Assembly (NCBI GenBank): GCA_052327205.1
Contig: CM126229.1
Coordinates: 30,814,001 to 30,878,000 of the forward strand
Length of the DNA stretch: 64,000 nucleotides
Direction of reading: 5' to 3'
DNA from: Somniosus microcephalus
Lineage: Eukaryota
How positions within the stretch are numbered: position 1 is the first letter of the stretch; every line of letters starts with the position of its first letter. Below the pieces are notes generated by a model. It was given only the letters and a program-made list of their open reading frames with translations. It was not told the origin of the DNA and did no database searches. Positions 55,497-64,000 of the stretch are shown piece by piece. Both the position numbers and the translations under genes were made by a program.

Positions 55497-56210
55497 GGCA
55501 ACTGTGAGGCTGAACCAGACTGTTTGCAACCTTGGTGTTGTCTGTGACTCAGATGTGATCTTCCAACCACAAGCCGCCCATTACTAAGACCACCTAACTT
55601 CCACCTCCGTAACATCGCCTGACTCTGCCCTTGCCTCGACTCATCCGTTGCTGAAACAATCATCCATGCCTTTGTTGTCTCTAGACTTGACAACTCCATA
55701 AACTTGAGCTCATCCAACACTCTGCTGGCCCGATCCTATCTCGCACCATGTCCCGTTCACCCATCATCCCTGTGCTCGCTGACCTACATTGGCTCCTGGT
55801 CCAGCAACGCCTCGATTTTAAAATTCTCATCCTGGTTTTTAAATCCCTCCGTGGCCTCGCCCCTCTCCATCTCTGTATCTCCTCCAGTCCTACAACCCTC
55901 CGATCTCTGCGCTCCTCCAATTCTGACCTCTTGCACATCCCCGATTTGAATCACTCCACCGTTGGCGGCCGTGCCTTCAGTTGCCAAGGCCCTAAGCTCT
56001 GGAATTCCCTCCCTAAACCACTCCGCCTCTCTTTCTTCCTTTAAGACACTCCTTAAAACCTACCTCTTTGACCAAGCCTTTGGTCGCCTGCCCTAACAAC
56101 TCCTTATGTGGCTCGGTGTCAAATTTTGTTTGGTAACGCTCCTGTGAAGCACCTTGGGACATTTTACTACATTAAAAAGGCGCTATATAAATGCAAGTTG
56201 TTGTTGTTGT
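55497..56210 (+). mobile_element. L2-type LINE 3' fragment
   Basis: ORF2 C-terminal remnant PVLADLHWLLVQQRLDFKILILVFKSLRGLAP; (GTT)n tail. Confidence 0.8.
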
Positions 56211-56389
56211 AAATCACTTTGGACATCTTAAGGATGTGAAAGGCACTATATAAATCCAATTTCTTTCTTTCTTTTCTAACTTTAGTACATAGCTATTCCG
56301 GTTTTAGAACAATGCATGCAAATATAGTCTAATGTGGTGTACATATTAAAATTTATATTACACAATCTTCTGTTTTATCACACAATTTA

Positions 56390-56805
56390 AAAGAAAGATC
56401 TTGCATGTATATAGTGCCTTTCACATCCTCTGGATGCCCCAAAGCACTTCACAACCAATTACTTATTTCTGAAGTGTAATATTGTTACGCAGGCAAATAT
56501 GGTAGCCAATCTGGACACAGCAAGGTTCCAAAAACAGCAAAGATTTAAACGAGCAGTTAATCTGTTTTTGGTGGTGATGATTAAGGGTTAAATTTTGCTC
56601 ACTACACCGAAACAACTCCTGGGCTCTTCGAGTAGTGTTATGGCTTCTTTTACGTCCAGCTGAACAGGCAGATGAGGCCTCAGTTTAACCTCTCTCCTAA
56701 CAATGGAGAACTGCCATAGCCTAAATGATGTACTCAAGTCACTGCGGTGGGCTTGAACCTACAACCCTCTGACTAAGAGCTGCTACCAATGGGCCAAGCT
56801 GACAC
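56390..56805 (-). mobile_element. tRNA-derived SINE, older copy
   Basis: Colinear with 18115-18433. Confidence 0.65.
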
Positions 56806-57611
56806 TCGGGTACACTGTATTTGGTTACCAGCAAGTTTTGCATTTTGGTTTGGAGGTATTATGATTAAACTGTTCAATGTAGGTCAGGAAAAAGTGGATC
56901 GACAAGTTTTTTGGGGGGGAGGAGGGGAGGAACAGATAACTGGGTTATTCTTCACTTTGGCTGTTGTGCTATTTTGACTAAACTTGTGCTGTTATTGGAG
57001 GGGCTTGGTACCATGGAGTGAAATGACAAGTTCCTCCCCTACAGTTCATGCGATAAATTCCAGAGTGCGGAGGGATTAGAAGCATGGAATGAAGGAAAAG
57101 GGTGAAGGGTCACCCTGGGATCACATTCAGCGATTGACAAGCAGTTTCAGCATATTACTGGAAAAGGCTGGAATAATGCTGCCTTGTTTGATATCTCAAC
57201 CAAAAAACATTATGTGGAGACCTAAAAGAGGGGGAAAAATTCTGAAAATGACTCCTCTCTGCCAAATCGGAATCAAATGGTGAGGAGCCGACCTGCAATT
57301 TGCTTCTTTCCACTTGGCACAATGTTACTGAACTGCTACCTTAAAAATGAAAATGCTAGTTATTCAATCCCATGGACATCCTCTACTGAACCCTTTCAAA
57401 TAGGTACTCTACAGAAAGAAAAGTAACTTGCATTTATATAGCACCTTTCACCTCGAAGACTCAAAGCGCTTTACAGCCAATGAAGTACTTTTTAAGTGTA
57501 GTCACTGTTGTGATGTAGGTAATCTGCTTTAGTGATGGTCGAGTGATCAATACTGGCCAGGACACTGGGCAAACTCCCCTGCCCTTCTTCGAATTGTGCC
57601 AGAGAATCTTT

Positions 57612-57971
57612 TGGGGGAAAAATTCAGTTGTTTGTGCCTCCCTTAAGAGGGCGCTAATGGGGCGCAAAGCAACTAGCGCCCGGGCGCGGCGATATTTGCC
57701 CCGCTCGCGAAATTAACTAGACATTTTGCGGCGGCGCTAAACACTACCGCCACGATCTCCTGCGCCGGTAGATCGTGACGTCAGTTGAGTGCGCAATGCC
57801 CCGTTAGCGCCCTGGACCGGATATTGAGTGACGCCCCCTGCCTTACCGCCTGCCGCTAGCAACGACAGGTTGAGGGGAGCGTTATGCTGTCAGAAAGGGA
57901 CTGGGGGAGCGCTATTTAAAGGCGACCGCCTCCTGCCTTTTTTTGTCAGTGGCATTTTTGCACCACACATT

Positions 57972-58010
<39 letters not shown>

Positions 58011-58297
58011 CTGGAGAGATTCAACGCTGTGTGAAGGAGTTTTGAGTACTGAGCAGCACTTTGCAGCTTCATTTTGATTTGACTTTTCTTGCTTCACCAG
58101 CACTCTGAGGTAGCGCCTCGCTCCTCAGCCTTTGCGCCGTAAGACAGGTGTGAAGTGCCTGATTTAGCGCTCCAATCACCTCCAGGGGTGATAAAAGCCA
58201 AGTTTGCTGTCGGAGGCGATAATTAGCACCAGGCGCTAAACTTTGCGCACGCCCGATAATAGCGCCCCAAACGGGGCGATACTGAATTTTTCCCCCA
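57612..58297. mobile_element. MITE with perfect 17-bp terminal inverted repeats, inserted in a SINE
   Basis: TGGGGGAAAAATTCAGT (57612-57628) and ACTGAATTTTTCCCCCA (58281-58297); the flanks rejoin as SINE sequence; internal (GA)n. Confidence 0.85.
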
Positions 58298-60072
58298 TTA
58301 TGTCCACCAGTGAGGGCAGACGGGGCCTCGGTTTAACGTCTCACCCAAAACAAGGCATCTCTGATAGGGCAGCACTCAGTACTGCATTGATGTGTCAGCC
58401 TAGAGACTTCCAACAAGTACTGAGAGGTTCAAGGCAGGCTCACTGCAAAGTCAAACTATCTCTATACTGTTCGTATAACTGTGATCAACTCAAATCTTCT
58501 CTTCTGTGGTTCTAGCTATTTTGTGAATACATCAAATTGTGGCCCTTACTGTCTCTATGCTACTGGGGTTCTATATATAGACCAGGCATACACTGAATTG
58601 GCTAATCTCAAGCATTTGGGGTGATATAATTAGCCTGAGCATCCTTAAGTGAGGAAGTGATTGAGGGAAGGGAATCATTCAGGGTTTCCAATCCTAATCA
58701 CTATCCAGTGACACCCCCACCCCTTGCAGGAAAAGAGCATGCACGTAGACATGAGGTGAGGATAGAATTAGGGTTGGCTGTGATAGTCCCCCATGGCCGA
58801 GTGGTCTGCCAATACTCACTGTCTAGGTTCGTACATAATGGTCACTTGTGTGAGGTACTGGATGACTGCATGTGGATGACATCCCAACAGGAGCAAGGGC
58901 ATAAAAGGCGAGCAAATTGGAATAAAAAGACATACTGTAACTTTGAGACATTGCTGATTGCAGCATTACCACTTCAAAATGTGACAGTCCTATTTTACCC
59001 ATAAACGCATACCTCCCACATTATGATCTTTCCCTCCAACTTGGTCCTAAAAATACCTGCAAACGTCCACCAGTTATTTTTCCTGCCTGCATTGTTCAGT
59101 AGTAAGCACTGGCAGGACCCATTCTGATGAAGGTCTCTACCCAAAACGTTAACCTCTTTTTTTTTTTCTCTTTCAGATGCCCACAATGCATCTCCAGCAC
59201 AGTTTTCTTTAGAATTCTTGTAGGTGTAAACATGTGAAATCCTCATCAATGCAGACGCAGATAGCCGGTAAGCAACACACCAAACTATCAACAGAAAAGG
59301 ATCAGTTACGTCCTTCCTGATATGGAAAAACTTTTGAAATGTCAGGATTGGAATACGAGCCAGAGTGCAACAAGCACAGATGCCTAGAGATAAGCTTGAA
59401 TCTTTCTGCAAACCAGCGGACAGAGTTCCAGGTGATGCTAGTCTCTCGGAGACAATTCCACAGAAGCACAGATGGTGTATTAAACTGCAAAGATACTGCC
59501 TAATTTGGGGAAATAATTGTACACCTCACCTCCCATACTAGTGTTTAAATACTGAAACCATTATTTCAGTAAGGCAGTCTTTCAGAACCATACAAGCACA
59601 GGCAATTCGGTTTCCTTGATTACATTCTGAAATCAACCGTGCTCTGACTGCCAACATGACTTATAACCTGCCCAATAAACAGATGCTTAGTCTGTGATGC
59701 TTTAGGCCAGACCCACTTCAGGGCTTGGTTACCTACCGGCAATGACACTAATTTGGACACATGCAATATTATCCGACTCAAGGTTGATTTTCCCCAATCC
59801 AGCCCACGTTAGATTTGGCTTCTCTCAGACTTGCCCATATGACATTTTATTTGATCTAGGGGGATGTTTGCAACTGCAGGCAGGCAACAAAAAAAAAATC
59901 AGTTCTAAGTGAGCTGTCAAGGACATCTACTAAAAACTGGGACAGCTCCACTAATCCACCAACATAGATTCCATAAACTGAGCCCAGATTATGACACTGG
60001 GTTTTAGCAGCCCTGTGATATTAAAGGTACAGAAGCAACATTTTCTCCTTACCTCCACTCTTAAACTTTCCT

Positions 60073-61160
60073 GGGGAGGGGGGAGGGGGGAGAGAGGGGA
60101 GGAGGGAGAGAGGGGAGGAGGGAGAGAGGGGAGGAGGGAGAGAGGGGAGGAGAGGAGGAGGAGGGGAGAGAGGGGGAGAGGAGGGGAGANNNNNNNNNNN
60201 NNNNNNNNNNNNNNNNNNNNNNNNNNNNNNNNNNNNNNNNNNNNNNNNNNNNNNNNNNNNNNNNNNNNNNNNNNNNNNNNNNNNNNNNNNNNNNNNNNNN
60301 NNNNNNNNNNNNNNNNNNNNNNNNNNNNNNNNNNNNNNNNNNNNNNNNNNNNNNNNNNNNNNNNNNNNNNNNNNNNNNNNNNNNNNNNNNNNNNNNNNNN
60401 NNNNNNNNNNNNNNNNNNNNNNNNNNNNNNNNNNNNNNNNNNNNNNNNNNNNNNNNNNNNNNNNNNNNNNNNNNNNNNNNNNNNNNNNNNNNNNNNNNNN
60501 NNNNNNNNNNNNNNNNNNNNNNNNNNNNNNNNNNNNNNNNNNNNNNNNNNNNNNNNNNNNNNNNNNNNNNNNNNNNNNNNNNNNNNNNNNNNNNNNNNNN
60601 NNNNNNNNNNNNNNNNNNNNNNNNNNNNNNNNNNNNNNNNNNNNNNNNTGGGGGTGGGGTGGGTGGTGGAGGGGGAGGGGAGTGGGGTGGGGAGGGAGGG
60701 GGGGGGGGAGTGGGTGGAGGGGTGGGGGGTGGGGTGTGGGGTGGGGGTGGTGGGGGGGGGTGGGGAGTGTGGGGGTGAGGGGGGGTGGGGGTGAGTGGGG
60801 AGTGGGGGGTGGGGTGTGGGGTGGTGGGGGGGGTGGGGTGTGAGGGGGTGGTGGGGGGGGTGGGGGGTGGTGTGGGGGTGGGTGGGGTGGGGTGTGTGGG
60901 GTGGTGGGGGGTGGGGTGTGGGGTGGTGGGGGGTGGGGTGTGTGGGGTGTGGGGGTGGGGTGGTGGGGTGTGGGGGTGGGTTGGTGGGGGTGGGGGGGGT
61001 GGGGGGTGGGGGTGGTGTGGGGGGTGGGGGTGGGGTGTGGGGTGGTGGGGGGTGGGTGGGGGGGTGGTGGGGGGTGGGGTGTGGTGGGGGGTGGTGGGGT
61101 GGGGTGTGTGGGGGTGGGGGGGGTGGGTGTGGTGGGTGTGGGTGTGTGGGGTGAGAGAGA
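60073..61160. repeat. G-rich low-complexity tract, (GGGGA)n then (GGGGT)n, interrupted by a gap
   Basis: Read directly; sequence quality is doubtful. Confidence 0.8.
60190..60648. other. Assembly gap (459 N)
   Basis: N run. Confidence 0.99.
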
Positions 61161-61205
61161 TTATTATTATTAGGTGGTGGTGGTTTTGTGTGTGTGAAAA
61201 GAGAG

Positions 61206-61705
61206 NNNNNNNNNNNNNNNNNNNNNNNNNNNNNNNNNNNNNNNNNNNNNNNNNNNNNNNNNNNNNNNNNNNNNNNNNNNNNNNNNNNNNNNNNNNNNNN
61301 NNNNNNNNNNNNNNNNNNNNNNNNNNNNNNNNNNNNNNNNNNNNNNNNNNNNNNNNNNNNNNNNNNNNNNNNNNNNNNNNNNNNNNNNNNNNNNNNNNNN
61401 NNNNNNNNNNNNNNNNNNNNNNNNNNNNNNNNNNNNNNNNNNNNNNNNNNNNNNNNNNNNNNNNNNNNNNNNNNNNNNNNNNNNNNNNNNNNNNNNNNNN
61501 NNNNNNNNNNNNNNNNNNNNNNNNNNNNNNNNNNNNNNNNNNNNNNNNNNNNNNNNNNNNNNNNNNNNNNNNNNNNNNNNNNNNNNNNNNNNNNNNNNNN
61601 NNNNNNNNNNNNNNNNNNNNNNNNNNNNNNNNNNNNNNNNNNNNNNNNNNNNNNNNNNNNNNNNNNNNNNNNNNNNNNNNNNNNNNNNNNNNNNNNNNNN
61701 NNNNN
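61206..61705. other. Assembly gap (500 N)
   Basis: N run. Confidence 0.99.
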
Positions 61706-62500
61706 GGCCGGAGGGAGCGCGCGGGGAGGGGGCGGGGGCCGGAGGGAGCGCGCGGGGTGAGGGCCGGAGTGAGCGCGCGGGGAAGGGGGCGGGGCCGGAG
61801 TGAGCGTTTGGGGGAAGGGGGCGGGGCCGGAGGGAGCGCGCGGGGGGGAAGGGGGCGGGACACTCGAGGCCGCGCGCTCACCCAGCCTAACGGTTTTTGC
61901 TGGCGGGGGAGAGGGAGGCCCGCCGCGTTGCACCGTGGGACTTGTTGTTCCTCCGCTCGCCGCCGCCCGTCCGCCAAGTGACCCAGAAACTACAGCTCCC
62001 AGAACACAGCGCGCCCGCTGAGCATGCGTACTCTCCGTTAAAACAATCTCCGTTAGCGACTAACATATATTTTCTTGAAAAATTTGGGAAAACCGAAACC
62101 GGAGTAAATTAGTCAGGAATCGCTCGACTTACCCCATTAACCAATCCATATGCGCTGCACCTCCTCGTGGCCTCTAAAACATATAGATATAAAAAAACTC
62201 TTCTTCAAAGACAACCAGATATTTAAATCTCGCTCGGTTTGTAGAAGCGAAAGTCGCACCGTTGTGTTCTTTTTAAAAATGAGGTGAATCAACAGCCTAA
62301 AGGGGATCGCAGGTTCAAATCTGTCATTTAATCGGAGTTTTTCCCCCAACTGACCGGAAGTAAACACTGTCGCGTGACGTCATTGGGCGTGGCTTTTATA
62401 GGTGTCGGCGGCGTGCCTCACGTACAATTGCGTCATGACGGCGCCCGAAGCCGGCGTGGCCTCCCCCCCCAAGCAACCTCTGTCACGTGATCACAGTCCC
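61706..62500. promoter_or_regulatory. CpG-rich MOB2 promoter, possibly bidirectional
   Basis: High CpG density. GC boxes 61706-61860; ZNF143/THAP11-like ACTACAGCTCCCAGAA 61989-62004; ETS CCGGAAGT 62354-62361; CRE TGACGTCA 62375-62382; GC box 62385-62393; TATAAAA on minus 62400-62394; E-box GTCACGTGAT 62482-62491. Confidence 0.75.
62133..62149 (-). CDS. MOB2: MOB2 distal first coding exon (MDWLMG)
   Basis: Minus strand reads ATG GAT TGG TTA ATG GG|gtaagt; matches the MOB2 N-terminus MDWLMG; phase 2; inside the CpG-rich promoter region. Confidence 0.9.
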
Positions 62501-63337
62501 CTCTCTATCAATTTGGGGTAAGTGCTTGTTACCTTCTCTGTTGTTTGGAGACAGTGCATTTTATTTCTTCGTGCATTTCTCCCCTTATATGAGCACATAT
62601 GATCCATCTCCCTTGATGCACAGTCAACCACTGTCACAGAAAATTAAGGATAGGCCAAATCACACATTTGGGGCAGTAAGGTCCAATATTTTCCCATGAC
62701 CAAACTATGTTAGAATTACATGGATTTCTGGTATTTTATTGGGGTTTTGGAGATCTTGTTCCGTGATTCTATTCGTTTATCGTTACACCTGTTGGCTTAT
62801 AAGAAAGACTTGCATTTATATAGCGCCTTTCACAACCTCAGGACATTCCCAAAGCGCTTTACAGCCAATGAAGTACTTTTGAACTGTTATAATGTGCAAC
62901 GTGCGTACAGCAAGCTCCCACAAACAGCAATGTGGCAATGTCCAGATAATTATGAAAGAAAGACTTGCATTGAGTGGGTAAGTCTTGATGGACCAGCTGG
63001 TCTTTTGGTGCCCCTCAATTTTTGTATGTCTTATGTATTTATATAGCACCTTTCACGACTTCAAAATGTTGCAAAGCACTTTACATTGAATGAAGTACTT
63101 TTGAAGTGTAGTCACAGTTATAACGTAAAAAAACACGGCAGCCAGTTTGCGCACAGCAAAGTCCCACAAAGAGCAATGAGTTATTGACCAGGTAATCTGT
63201 TTTTAGTGATGTCGGTTGAGGGATAAATATTGACCAACACTCCGGGGAGAACACCCCTGCTCTTTTTCAAAATAGTGCCATGGGATCTTTTCCATCCATC
63301 TGGGAGATCAGACAGGAAAAGAAATTGAATGACCTGT

Positions 63338-64000
63338 ATCTTCTTAGGCAGTCCCTCGGAACCGAGGATGACTTGCTTCCACATTGGCGGTTAGGATCAG
63401 ATCAGCCATGATCTTATTGAATGGCGGAGCAGGCTCGAGGGGCCGATTGGCCTACTCCTGCTCCTATTTCTTATGTTCTTATGTTCTTATTAAAGATGAG
63501 TTCTCAGGTGACTGATGAATCCAATGCGGGACCTACAGTCTCTGTCACAGGTGGGGCAGATGCTGGTTGAAGGGGTGGGTGGGTGGGTGGGGTGCTTGGG
63601 TTGACGTGCGCTCCTTGCGCTGCCTGCGCTTGGCTTCCGCTTGCTCCCGGCGAAGAGACTCGAGGTGTTCGGCGCCTTCCCCGGATGCTTCTCCTCCACT
63701 TTGTGCGGTCTTGGGCCAGGGATTCCCAGGTGTCGGTGGGGATGTTGCACTTTTTCAAGGAGGCTTTGAGGGTGTCCTTGAAGCATTTCCTCTGCCCACC
63801 TGGGGCTCTCTTGCCATGTCGGAGCTCCGAGTAGAGCGCTTGTTTTGGGAGTCTCGTATCAGGCATGCGGACAATGTGACCCGTCCATTGGAGCTGATCG
63901 AGCGTGGTCAAAGCTTCGATGCTGGGGATGTTGGCCTGAGCGAGAACACTGACGTTGGTGCGCCTATCCTGCCAATGGATTTGCAGGATCTTGCAGAGGC
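63338..64000 (-). mobile_element. RTE-clade LINE 3' end with a nested CR1 tail (63384-63490)
   Basis: Minus-strand QLQWTGHIVRMPDTRLPKQALYSELRHGKRAPGGQRKCFKDTLK and CPTCDRDCRSRIGFISHLRTH; frameshifted; runs off the window. Confidence 0.82.

Larger units (their letters stand above)
30182..62149 (-). other. MOB2: MOB kinase activator 2-like gene (complete CDS; isoforms of 222 aa and 231 aa)
   Basis: First exon 62149-62133 or 46007-45964 joined to 36655-36492, 32751-32658, 31129-31005 and 30450-30182 gives 669 or 696 nt in frame. Mob1/phocein Zn-site motifs EFCTAETC and LAHIYCAH. Confidence 0.9.

Noticed and set aside
59951-61981. Long Pro-rich or Gly-rich ORFs
   Set aside because: They run through N gaps and G-rich low-complexity sequence.

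Overview
Vertebrate genomic DNA, most likely a cartilaginous fish, judged from the repeat content (CR1, L2, RTE and Penelope fragments, tRNA-derived SINEs, minisatellites). Two spliced genes converge tail-to-tail. On the + strand is the 3' part of a BRSK/SAD kinase (BRSK2-like): six coding exons from 7156 to 19568 cover the Pro-rich region, the autoinhibitory KKSWF segment, the KA1 domain and the C-terminal tail; the kinase-domain exons lie upstream of the window. On the - strand is a complete MOB2-like gene with four shared exons (36655-30182) and two alternative first coding exons (MDWLMG at 62149-62133; MVLQAVGK at 46007-45964), with a CpG-rich promoter at about 61.7-62.5 kb. All exon junctions were read by hand, are GT-AG and are phase-consistent. 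Nearly all long ORFs in the track are artefacts of tandem repeats, G-rich tracts or N gaps. Best leads: three in-frame acceptors in one BRSK exon matching BRSK1-type and BRSK2-type boundaries; a possible paralogous BRSK-MOB2 block; minimal hammerhead-ribozyme motifs from Penelope-like elements; and a candidate divergent first exon at the MOB2 promoter. I found no evidence for a wholly new biological system. Comparisons to human or fish proteins are from memory, not from a search, and repeat boundaries are approximate.
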